Below, in pieces: positions 1 to 9,400 of a stretch of DNA of 64,000 nucleotides (its first letter is position 1; every line of letters begins with the position of its first letter). The notes below the pieces were generated by a model. It searched no databases, had not been told where the DNA came from, and saw only the letters and a program-made list of their open reading frames with translations. This DNA is from Nitrospirota bacterium (GTDB taxonomy: Bacteria > Nitrospirota > UBA9217). The translations under genes were made by a program, and so were the position numbers. The DNA lies in NCBI GenBank assembly GCA_963790205.1, contig CAWBNQ010000003.1, positions 224,001 through 288,000 on the forward strand, read 5' to 3'.

Positions 1-376
1 GGGTCTTGCGGACTGTTTCAGGGCTGGCGGAAAGAAAAAACGCCCTCTTTAAAACCTGTGAAATGCGCTTGATGCCGAAGAGCGGGTTGGCTTCTTTTAC
101 CTCGACGATCTTCTGCCTTACCGGAGAAGGAAGACTGCGCCCCTTACCTCTGTAATGCGTTGCGAGCCCCGCTTCGCCATGACGACGATAGTCGCGCACC
201 CAGCGCCCGACCGTCCCACTGCTCAATCCGCATTCCTGCCGAATCACCGAAGCAGGGACGCTTTCTTCAACAAACTTTTTGACGACTTGAAGCTTGAAAT
301 CCGGTCCATACCGCTTGCTTCGTTTCGGGAACTTCCTTTTCCTGCCTACTTGCTGTATACTCTTTTCTGGTTTCAT
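1..376 (-). CDS. IS481-like (DDE integrase-type) transposase, N-terminal part; runs off the window
   Basis: Not in the ORF track. Manual translation from ATG at 376: MKPEKSIQQVGRKRKFPKRSKRYGPDFKLQVVKKFVEESVPASVIRQECGLSSGTVGRWVRDYRRHGEAGL...NPLFGIKRISQVLKRAFFLSASPETVRKT, with two HTH-like segments typical of IS481/IS3-type transposases. SD AAAGGAG upstream; no stop before position 1. Confidence 0.8.
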   Translation of the reverse strand, partial: MKPEKSIQQVGRKRKFPKRSKRYGPDFKLQVVKKFVEESVPASVIRQECGLSSGTVGRWVRDYRRHGEAGLATHYRGKGRSLPSPVRQKIVEVKEANPLFGIKRISQVLKRAFFLSASPETVRKT

Positions 377-459
377 GATGACACTCCTTTCAAAACCTAA
401 CTTTGGAGTGTCACCCTATTTCCTCAAATCCTTGTTATCATAAACTGGTCGCTAGGACA
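1..459 (-). mobile_element. One end of an IS481-like insertion sequence
   Basis: Minus strand begins TGTCCTAGCGACCAGTTTATGATAAC at 459, 83 nt upstream of the transposase start; IS481 ends start with TGT. The other end is outside the window. Confidence 0.6.
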
Positions 460-1473
460 AATAAGTTTGTAACCAGCCTCCGTTGCCTTACTCTCAACAA
501 ATTCAGGCAAGCGCATATCTTTGCTGAAGGGAATATCGCCGATTATTATTATGCAGTGATCCCCATTCTTTTGAAAACTGTGCCAGCGCATGAATGATTT
601 CGACATAAGGCTGGAAAAGTCGGATTTATTTGGAGACACCTTCTTTTCGAGAGATTGCCAATCATCTTTACCCAGAAACCACAGCCTCAGTCTGTTATCT
701 CTTGCATAGGTGAGTGACTTCATATAGGGTGGACTTGTTAAAATTGTGTGTATCCTGTTCATCGGCGGTTTAACATTTATTGCTGATGCACAGCGTACAA
801 CTCTTTCAGCCTTGAAGTCTAGTTTTGGGAAATTTTTGTATGTTCTATTGATTTTTGCTTTAAGTCTCGAATATACATCTCTATATTTATATAACTCTGG
901 AAATTCATCCTTAGGATATTTGCTATCACGCAAATAAGGAGCACCATGGCTTGATGGAAATGACAAAAAACCAGGACGTTGATGATGTAGTATACCCATG
1001 AGGCAAGATAAGAAGAACCATTCTTTACGTTCGCTTAAAAAATGTGACCAAATGGACACTTCAGACAACGTTCGCGGATGAAAGAAACGTTTAACCCAAG
1101 CCGGAGCACTTGCGGTTGCCTTGTCCTGTCTATGTTCTGAAAGATGTGTGTTAATTCGATCTAGACGATTGAGTGCAGTCTCTAAGGATTCGTATGGTTT
1201 GAGCTTGCCTTTTGTTAATGTTATGGCATAGTCATTAATGTCTGTAGCAAAACACTTATGGCCGCTTGCCCAGGCTTCGAGAGGGACCGTTCCCGAACCG
1301 CAAAATGGGTCATAGACCACTGACTTAGGATTTGTATAAGTGTTAATTAAATGTCGAGCTAACGCCGGTCTTATTTTGCCAACATAAGGGGATACGACAT
1401 GCAACCCTATGTCATTGCCATTATTGCTGGCGGTGATATGAGTCGTTTTTTTTAGTTTGTTTTCGACTGGCAT
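424..1473 (-). CDS. Amino-DNA methyltransferase (SPPY, probably N4-cytosine), C-terminus probably truncated by the IS
   Basis: Motif I VYDPFCGSGT near the N-terminus and motif IV TSPPY later; AT-rich; the last ~11 codons (CPSDQFMITRI) lie inside the putative IS end. Confidence 0.85.
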   Translation of the reverse strand: MPVENKLKKTTHITASNNGNDIGLHVVSPYVGKIRPALARHLINTYTNPKSVVYDPFCGSGTVPLEAWASGHKCFATDINDYAITLTKGKLKPYESLETALNRLDRINTHLSEHRQDKATASAPAWVKRFFHPRTLSEVSIWSHFLSERKEWFFLSCLMGILHHQRPGFLSFPSSHGAPYLRDSKYPKDEFPELYKYRDVYSRLKAKINRTYKNFPKLDFKAERVVRCASAINVKPPMNRIHTILTSPPYMKSLTYARDNRLRLWFLGKDDWQSLEKKVSPNKSDFSSLMSKSFMRWHSFQKNGDHCIIIIGDIPFSKDMRLPEFVESKATEAGYKLICPSDQFMITRI

Positions 1474-1605
1474 AATTTGTTGGTATACTCGGCAACAGAA
1501 CCTTTTTATACAGATAGTTAAAGATAGTATAGTATATCTATATAAAAATCAAGAAATTAGGCGAAAGCTGTAGGGTAATTTCAGTATTGATAGCTGGGTG
1601 CGATC

Positions 1606-2796
1606 ATGTCAGAAAACATTGTTCGATGCTCAAGACAAGATCTTTATAATCAAGTTTGGTCAGAACCGATGATTACCCTGGCTCAGAAATATGGTCTTTC
1701 CGATGTAGGACTCAGAAAGAAGTGCAAAAAGCTAAACATCCCACTGCCTCCCCAAGGATATTTTCTACGCGGCCCGCGAAGAAAAGCAGAGGCCCGGTCG
1801 CCATTACCACCGTTCGCGGGTAACGACACGATAGAAATTAAGCCGAGTAAGAACTCTTTTCCCCCGGCTTTTGTCGATCAAGAGCAATACAAAGAGGCAG
1901 AAGCAAGAATAGCATTCGAGAATCTCCCCGAGAACCGTATTGAGGTTCCAGAGCGCCTCACCTCGCCGCATCCACTCATAGAAAAAACAAAAGCCGTAAA
2001 AACCCTTGATGAGGGCCCAAGAGGCGGGCGCGTTATTAATGACCCATGTCGTGATTCTGGCCTGGATATCAATGTAAGCAAGCAACACCTCAGTCGGGCC
2101 TTAAGAATTATGGATTCATTGCTGAAGGCACTCGAATCAAGGGAGTTCAAAGTATCCATTTCCCCAAAATCCTATGGAAACAAAGATTGTGTAACCACCG
2201 TAACCGTACTTGGTGTCGTACATGACTTTGAACTGAAGGAAACTTTTAGGCAGGTCAAGTATGAACCGCCCAAGGAGACGAAGAAAGAGCCGTCCTGGAT
2301 GCATTATCATTCCCCATATGACTTTATCCCTTCTGGCCGGTTTACCCTGGCGATCAGTGGCTATGTAGGTGAAGGGGGCCAGAACTCCTGGTCTGACGGC
2401 AAGAAGCAAAAGATTGAGGATTGCCTCAATGACTTTATCATCGGGTTGATCAAGGCATCTGTTATCGACCGGGGAAGGGATCTCAAGCGGGAACTGGAGG
2501 AAAAGGCACGGATGGAGTTGGCCCGTAAACAGGCTGAGGAGGCCAGAAAGCGAGAAGAAGAGAAAAAGCGCCTCCAAGATCTGATTTCAGAGGCGCAGTC
2601 GTGGAAGCAGGGTCAGCTTATCCGTGAATATGCCGCAGCTGTCCGGGCCAAAGCTATTGAGAAAAATATCGAGATTATTCCGGGGGGAGAAATAGACCAG
2701 TGGATCACCTGGGCCAACCAACAGGCAGATCGGCTCGATCCCCTTGTTGAAACCCCGCCCCCGGTTTCTAATGATGAAAAGGACACGGAAACATAG
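1606..2796 (+). CDS. Hypothetical protein with N-terminal HTH-like motif, island-associated
   Basis: 396-aa ORF with LYNQVWSEPMITLAQKYGLSDVGLRKKCKKLNIPLPP motif and a charged coiled-coil C-terminus; adjacent to the att site. Confidence 0.7.
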   Translation: MSENIVRCSRQDLYNQVWSEPMITLAQKYGLSDVGLRKKCKKLNIPLPPQGYFLRGPRRKAEARSPLPPFAGNDTIEIKPSKNSFPPAFVDQEQYKEAEARIAFENLPENRIEVPERLTSPHPLIEKTKAVKTLDEGPRGGRVINDPCRDSGLDINVSKQHLSRALRIMDSLLKALESREFKVSISPKSYGNKDCVTTVTVLGVVHDFELKETFRQVKYEPPKETKKEPSWMHYHSPYDFIPSGRFTLAISGYVGEGGQNSWSDGKKQKIEDCLNDFIIGLIKASVIDRGRDLKRELEEKARMELARKQAEEARKREEEKKRLQDLISEAQSWKQGQLIREYAAAVRAKAIEKNIEIIPGGEIDQWITWANQQADRLDPLVETPPPVSNDEKDTET

Positions 2797-2889
2797 CTTG
2801 GCCGGTTATTTGGGTAGATGAGGGCTTCTGAGGGATGGTCCTGGAGGGGGTTTTTACCGTAAATTACTTCTTTTCCTGCTAAGCAACCG

Positions 2890-2919
2890 TTGACAATTTA
2901 AAGTCGATTGTGATATATT
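2890..2919 (+). promoter_or_regulatory. Sigma70-like promoter reading out of the island toward att/bamD
   Basis: TTGACA-N18-TATATT with TG extension. Confidence 0.45.
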
Positions 2920-2968
2920 GCACGGGTTGTTGTTGTGGCCGCTGAGAAGCGTGTACGTCAAGCTGGGC

Positions 2969-2986
2969 GTCCTTCCTTCGGCACCA
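2969..2986 (+). other. att site: duplicated 3' end of a tRNA, probably tRNA-Leu
   Basis: GTCCTTCCTTCGGCACCA = end of T-arm, 3' acceptor strand CTTCGGC, discriminator A and CCA; no 5' half; composition shifts from AT-rich to GC-rich here. Confidence 0.7.
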
Positions 2987-3107
2987 TCTCAAATTCAGAG
3001 ACAAACTTAGCCGATCCTCAGATTTCACGGATTACACAGCGTAGAACTTCCGGCGATTTTAAGATCCGCAAATTTTGCGTAATCGGCGGAGAAGAAAAGT
3101 CTTCCTT

Positions 3108-3839
3108 ATGAAAAAGATCATCGCCATAGTTGCCCTCGCCCTCTTGGCCGGGTGTGCCGCCGCGAAAGAACCTCCTTTCGATCCCGTGACCGTGTTTAAG
3201 AATGCCGAAGAAAACATGCGCAAGGAGAATTTTGAGAAGGCGCGCAAAGGATACCAGGAGATCCAGGAAAGGTCTCCCGACAAGAGCTACGACGCCGCGC
3301 TCATGCTGAGGATCGCCGACACCTATTTCGGCGATGAAAAATACGACGAGGCCCTCGTCGAGTACCAGGCATTCCTGAACTTCCACCCCGTGCACAAGGA
3401 CGCGGTCTATGCCCAGTACCAGGTCGCCATGTGCAGCTTCAAGCAGATGACGACCATAGACCGGGACCCCGAACCGACTCGGGCCGCGCTCAGGGAGTTC
3501 CAGACGCTCATCCGAAAGTATCCGAAGGGCATCTATGATGAGCCGGCGAAAAAGAACATCTCCCTCTGCCTGGACCGGCTTTCCGAATACGAGCTCTACG
3601 TCGGCCGGTTCTATCATAAAAAGGGCGCCTACAAGGCCGCCGTGGGGCGGTTCGATGCTCTTCTCCGCACCTACCCCGGCTCCGCGGCGGAGAAGGACGC
3701 GCTCTATTACGACGGGCTCTCGTACCGGGAGCTCGGCGAGCGCGGCCGGGCAAAGGCCGCGTTCGAGACGCTCGTGCAGAAGTACCCGTCCATGGCGGGG
3801 AACGTCGGGTCCCTCATCGACAAGCTCGCAAAACAGTGA
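3108..3839 (+). CDS. bamD: Outer membrane protein assembly lipoprotein BamD
   Basis: Lipobox LLAGC, TPR-like helices, YAQYQVAMC...RDPEPT...ELYVGRFY...AAVGRF pattern of BamD/YfiO. Confidence 0.9.
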   Translation: MKKIIAIVALALLAGCAAAKEPPFDPVTVFKNAEENMRKENFEKARKGYQEIQERSPDKSYDAALMLRIADTYFGDEKYDEALVEYQAFLNFHPVHKDAVYAQYQVAMCSFKQMTTIDRDPEPTRAALREFQTLIRKYPKGIYDEPAKKNISLCLDRLSEYELYVGRFYHKKGAYKAAVGRFDALLRTYPGSAAEKDALYYDGLSYRELGERGRAKAAFETLVQKYPSMAGNVGSLIDKLAKQ

Positions 3840-3842
3840 ATT

Positions 3843-4481
3843 ATGAAATACTACCCCGTATTTCTCGATCTGCGTGAACGGTCCTGTGTGGTCGTCGGCG
3901 GCGGACGGGTGGCCGAGCGCAAGGCGCTCTCACTGCTCGAGGCCGGAGCGAACGTGACCGTCGTGAGCCCCTCCCTTACGCACAAGCTGCAGGAACTTTC
4001 CTCTTCTGGAAAAATCGCCCATCTTGCAAAGACGTTTGAGGAAGAGGACATCGCCGGCGCCTCTATCGTCATTGCCGCCACCGGCCTTCCTGAGGTGAAC
4101 GCCGGGATCGGCCGACTGTGCAGAAAAAAACAGGTCCTCGTGAATGTCGTTGCGCCGCCGGGCGAAAGCAGCTTCCTGGTGCCGTCGGTCGTGGACCGCG
4201 GAGCGCTTTTGATCGCGATCTCAACGAGCGGTGAAAGCCCGGCGCTGTCAAAGAGGATACGCCTTGAGCTGGAGAAGACGTTTGGACCCGAGTACGATCT
4301 TTTTCTCCAGCGGATGTCGCTTCTGCGAAGCAGGCTGATGGGTCAGATAGAGGATGAGGCGGAGCGCGGCCGTGTTTTTCAGGCTGTCGCGAATTCCGAT
4401 GTCCTTGATTTGCTCAGGCAGGGAAAGCTTCACGAGGCCGATCACCGGATCGCGGAGCTATCGGGCTTGAAGCAGAAGTAA
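3843..4481 (+). CDS. Precorrin-2 dehydrogenase / sirohydrochlorin ferrochelatase (CysG N-terminal / SirC-Met8 family)
   Basis: YYPVFLDL...VVVGGGRVAERK Rossmann motif; IAISTSGESPALSK. Confidence 0.92.
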   Translation: MKYYPVFLDLRERSCVVVGGGRVAERKALSLLEAGANVTVVSPSLTHKLQELSSSGKIAHLAKTFEEEDIAGASIVIAATGLPEVNAGIGRLCRKKQVLVNVVAPPGESSFLVPSVVDRGALLIAISTSGESPALSKRIRLELEKTFGPEYDLFLQRMSLLRSRLMGQIEDEAERGRVFQAVANSDVLDLLRQGKLHEADHRIAELSGLKQK

Positions 4482-4624
4482 TAATATCCTGAAAAAGTAT
4501 TTTGACGCGGATAAAGACCGTCTCACGTTTCAGGTTTGTTGTAACAGGAGACTACAAACACGGTCTGAACTCATCTGCGGCCGCCATTCGTATTCCGGAC
4601 CATGCCTGCGGCGCGATTGAAGCG

Positions 4625-6220
4625 CTACGTCTTGTCTTTGAACATCTTCCTGAAGAGGCCGGCCTCACCTTCCTTCTTCTCCTGCGCGGTTCCTCCGGCC
4701 GCCTGGATAGCTTCACTAAGCTTGTCAGAGGCCGGGTTTTGCCGCAAACCGTCGTTGTACACATCGAGGGCCTTTGTCTTCAGCCCGCTGTGCAGATACA
4801 GGGTCCCGAGTTCGAGGTGGTACTCCGGCCTGAGCGGGTCGATCTCGATGGCTTTTTTCAGGTTTTCCTCCGCCTCGTGACGTCTCCGGGGGATGCGCGT
4901 GAGCGCGATGCCGTAACGGTAGAAGTATTCGGATTTCACGGGATCGAGCCTTGTGGCCCATGCGAAGGATTCCGCAGCCCCCCAGAAATTCCCGATGTTG
5001 AAGTCCTTCATTCCCGCCTTGAAATAGGCCGCTGCCTGCCCTGCCTTTTCCGCATAGTTCTCCACATACTCTTCCGGGCGCTTTTCCTCGTAGTGCGCCG
5101 TTGGCGCCGGCTTCCCGACGGAAGCGCCGTCATAGGCTTGGCGCTGCCCCGGGTCATTGAGCGTCTGGTAGGCGTTGTGAATTCGGGTAAAGAGCGCCTC
5201 CAAGGCTTCCTTCATATCGCTCATCTCAGCCTCGAAATGCCGGTCAGGATGATAGACCTTTGCAAGCTGGAAGTACGCCTTCCTGAGTTCCTGCGGCGTC
5301 GCGCTCCTGGACACCCCGAGCACCTGATAGTGGTCCTGATTTTTCATGGCGACCAAGGCTTCCCGGATCATCTGCCGGGTCACCACAGGCTCGGCGGCCT
5401 GCCCGGCGTCAGGTTCCTGTTCCTGTGGCCCGCTCTCCGCTGGTTTTCGCTGCCTTGCCGCGACGGCCGCTTGCGCTGCCGAGCGCGCGGATTTCATCTC
5501 TTGTTCGGTCTTTACCGCTCCCTTATCGGCCATTTTGAGCGCCAGGAGCGCATAGATTGCCTTGAGCGTATTGAAGTCTCCAAGCCCGGACAGAGTGCAC
5601 AGCTCTTCGATACTCCTGTCGCCGTCGATGAGCGAGAGGACTGACTGCTGGTCCTGTTCAAGATCAGCGCCCTGGAAGAGAAACGACGGGTCGGCAGCGG
5701 GGCGGAGCTTTGTCTTAAGCGGCGGGAGGGACTTGCGCAGGACCTGCCAATCCTGGCCGCGGATGCCTTCGATGATCAGGTTCCCGATGCTCAACCGGAG
5801 CGGTATGATATCGGACGACGGAAGCGGGCTGTCGTCGAATATGTAGCGGCCGTCGCGCCAGGCGAACAAGCTGAGGATGATTTCCTTGACCTGTTCCTTG
5901 ACGCCGGCGACCAGGTCCTGCGGTGAAATAAAGCCGAGCTCGACCAGGATTGCTCCGAATTTTTTGCCGGTTTTTTCGATGAGCTCCGTGGAGGCGTCAA
6001 CCTGCGCGCGGGTGAGTTTGCCGGAGCGGAGCAGGAAATCGCCGAGTCGGTCGCCGTCAAGGTTCGAGGCAGCAAAGATGACGTCACCGTTCTGAAAATA
6101 CACTTTTTTGATCGCCGCTTCCCGGGAGAAGATTACGGTGCCGGTCTTTTTCTCCGCCCTCAGGCTCTGGAAGAGCCAGGGGATGGTCATATCCTTGACA
6201 TCGCCCGCGGGTATGATCAT
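4625..6220 (-). CDS. DUF4388 + DnaJ (J-domain) + TPR protein
   Basis: N-terminal DUF4388/PatA-like region (KKVYFQNGDVIFAAS...RLGDFLLRSG); J-domain HYQVLGV...YHPDR; C-terminal TPRs. Confidence 0.85.
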   Translation of the reverse strand: MIIPAGDVKDMTIPWLFQSLRAEKKTGTVIFSREAAIKKVYFQNGDVIFAASNLDGDRLGDFLLRSGKLTRAQVDASTELIEKTGKKFGAILVELGFISPQDLVAGVKEQVKEIILSLFAWRDGRYIFDDSPLPSSDIIPLRLSIGNLIIEGIRGQDWQVLRKSLPPLKTKLRPAADPSFLFQGADLEQDQQSVLSLIDGDRSIEELCTLSGLGDFNTLKAIYALLALKMADKGAVKTEQEMKSARSAAQAAVAARQRKPAESGPQEQEPDAGQAAEPVVTRQMIREALVAMKNQDHYQVLGVSRSATPQELRKAYFQLAKVYHPDRHFEAEMSDMKEALEALFTRIHNAYQTLNDPGQRQAYDGASVGKPAPTAHYEEKRPEEYVENYAEKAGQAAAYFKAGMKDFNIGNFWGAAESFAWATRLDPVKSEYFYRYGIALTRIPRRRHEAEENLKKAIEIDPLRPEYHLELGTLYLHSGLKTKALDVYNDGLRQNPASDKLSEAIQAAGGTAQEKKEGEAGLFRKMFKDKT

Positions 6221-6436
6221 AGCGCTCCTTTGACGAACAGTGCGCTATTATAGCATTACCCTCCTATTCTTAAAAGATAAATAATGACCTTGTTTATTTA
6301 ATAAAATACGCATCCTGACAAAGTATGTCCAAGTTGACTATGGCGCCGGTTCCTATTATAATATCCCTGCTCCACTGTTTTTATCCGCATTGTTTATGCG
6401 AAAAACGCCCGTTTTTTGCAGACTCAGGAAAGGCCC

Positions 6437-9400
6437 ATGCAGAACTACCTTTTTCTCGGAATAGACATCGGCTCCGTGACCATCAAGACCGCGCTCCTCG
6501 ATAAGAGCGCAACAATCCTCTTCGAGTCCTGCACGCGGATGAAAGGTGACCCCGTCGCCGCCCTTGCAGAAGAGCTTGCGCGCCTCACGTCGCAATTCCC
6601 TGAACAGAGGATCCGCGCCGCGGGCATTACGGGCAGCGGAGGCAAGCAGGTCGCCGCGGTCATCGGGGCCCGGTTCATCAACGAGATCCTCGCCCAGTCC
6701 GGCTTTGCCGGGCGGTTCCATCCGGCAGCGAGGACCATCATTGAGATGGGCGGCGAGGACGCAAAACTCATTAACCTTCTGCCGGATGCAGCGAACGGCG
6801 GCGTTATCATCGAGGATTTCTCGATGAACACGGCCTGCGCCGCCGGCACGGGCTCATTTCTCGATCAGCAGGCCGCGCGCCTTCATTTGACCATAGAAGA
6901 ATTCAGCCGTATCGCGCTCCGGTCCGAGAGGCCACCGCGCGTGGCCGGCCGGTGCAGCGTGTTCGCCAAGAGCGACATGATCCATTTGCAGCAGATCGCC
7001 ACCCCGGATTACGACATCGTTGCCGGGCTGTGCTACGCCATGGCCAGGAACTTCAAGGCCACCGTGGGCAAGGGCAAAAAATTCTATCCGCCCCTGCTGT
7101 TCCTGGGAGGCGTGGCGGCCAACGCCGGCATGCACCGGGCCTTCCGTGATGTCCTGAAATTGTCCGAGTCCGACATGACGGTGCCCGGGCGCTTCAACAC
7201 CTCCGGCGCCATCGGCGTCGCGCTCATCGTCATAAAGCAGCCGGAGCAGGCAATCCCGTACCGCGGAATCGCCGCGCTTGCCGAGCATCTTGCGGCGACG
7301 AAAAAAAAGGTCCACAGCGGTGTCAGCCCTCTTTCCCTGCCCATGGGCATCATGCCGAATCCCGGCCAGGATGTTGCGCCCGATCCGTCCGGAGTGATCG
7401 AGGCCTACCTCGGCGTGGACGTGGGGTCGGTCTCGACGAACGTGGTGGTGATCGACCGGCAGCTGCGCGTACTGTCCAAGCGGTACCTGCCCACGGCCGG
7501 GAGGCCGATCGAAGCGGTGAAACAGGGCCTGGCCGAGGTGGGTGCTGAACTCGGCCCCCGGGTCAGGATCCTGGGAGCCGGGACCACGGGATCGGGCAGG
7601 TATCTTACCGGCGACATGATCGGCGCCGACGTGGTCCGGAACGAGATCACGGCGCAGGCAACGGCCGCCGCCGCGATCGATCCCCTCGTAGACACCATCT
7701 TCGAGATCGGAGGACAGGACTCGAAGTTCATCAGCCTGCAGGGCGGGGCCGTGGTGGACTTCGAGATGAACAAGGCCTGCGCCGCGGGCACCGGCTCGTT
7801 CCTTGAAGAGCAGGCGGAGCGGCTCGGCATCCGCATCAAGGGCGAGTTCGAGGACCGGGCGTTTTGCGCGGCTTCGCCCTGCAGGTTCGGCGAGCGCTGC
7901 ACCGTGTTCATGGAATCCGACCTCGTGCACTCCATGAACACCGGCTCCGGCGTGGAAGAGCTCACGGCCGGGCTTGCCTACTCCATCGCCTACAATTACC
8001 TGAACAAGGTCGTTGCGGGCAAGCGCGTGGGCGAGCGCATCTTTTTCCAGGGCGGCGTTGCCGCGAACAGGGCAGTGGTGTCCGCTTTCGAAACGATCAC
8101 AGGCAAACCGGTCACGGTCCCTCCGCACCACGAGGTCACCGGCGCGATCGGCGCCGCCATTCTCGCCATGCGGGCGGACGCGGGCACAAGCGGCTTCAAG
8201 GGGTTCGACCTGAGCACCCGTGCGTACAGCGTTACGACCTTCGAGTGCGCGGAATGCGCGAACCGCTGCGACATCAAGCGCGTGAGCTTCGACGGCGAAA
8301 AGCCGCTCTTCTACGGGAGCCGGTGCGAGAAGTACGACGTCAAGAAAAAGAGCGCGGTCGCCCACGCCCTGCCCGACCTTTTTGCCGAGCGCGAAGAGCT
8401 GCTTGCGTCCGCGGTCATCCCGGGCAACGTTCCCGGCAATGCCTTGACCATCGGCATCCCGCGCATGCTCTATGTCAACGATTTTCTCCCGTACTGGCAG
8501 GCATTTTTTGGAGAGCTCGGTTTTCGTGTCGTGCTCTCGGAGAAGACGAACCGGACGCTCGTCAACCGCGCAATCGAGACCACGGCGGCCGAGACCTGTT
8601 TCCCCGCCAAGGTCGCCATTGGTCATATTCATGATTTGCTTGACAAGAAGGTGGACATCCTGTTTCTCCCGAGTTTCATCCAGTTCCCCGCGTCTCACGG
8701 CCAGACCGGAAATTCCCAGGCCTGTCCCTATGCCCAGGCATTGCCGTATATTGCGAAGGCCTCGATCAGGTTCGGTGAAGCGAAGGTGATCGAACCAATC
8801 CTCCTTCTTCAGGACGAACGCCATTTCGAGAAGAGCATGCAGGAAATCGGCAAGGCCCTCGGCAAAAGCCGGGGGGCGGTGAGACGGGCGCAGCGGCTCG
8901 CCTGGAGCGTACAGGAGAACTACCACGCTGCCGCGGAAAAGCGAGGAAAAGAGGTCCTGTCGACGCTCAAAGCCGGCGAGAAGGCGCTGGTGCTCGTTGG
9001 CCGGAACTACAATACCTGCGATCCCGGCTTGAATATGAACCTGCCGTCAAAGGTCCGCGATCTCGGTTTTCAGGCCGTCCCCATGGACTTCCTGCCGCTC
9101 CACCAGGTGGACCTGTCAGATCAGGAGCACATGTACTGGCGGTCGGGCCAGAAGATCATGGCCGCGGCCCGGATCATTCACGGGCGCCAGGACCTCTCCC
9201 CCCTTTATATCACGAACTTCGGGTGCGGTCCTGACTCGTTCATCACCCATTTCTTCCGGCAGGAGATGAACGGCAAGCCCTTCCTCCAACTTGAGATAGA
9301 CGAACACAGCGCGGACGCCGGAGCGATCACCCGGATCGAGGCGTTCCTGGACAGCCTGAACAACGGGAAGGGGGACCGGCCGGTCGCGCCTTCCGTCATC

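Noticed and set aside
2900..2986. Complete tRNA gene
   Set aside because: Only the last 18 nt are tRNA-like; no 5' acceptor strand GCCGAAG, D-arm or TTC loop.
4502..8926. Long opposite-strand ORFs (4502-5644 +, 6854-8926 -; also 48324-49985 -, 53075-54349 -, 60015-61301 -)
   Set aside because: Antisense shadows of well-supported GC-rich genes, with no motifs of their own.
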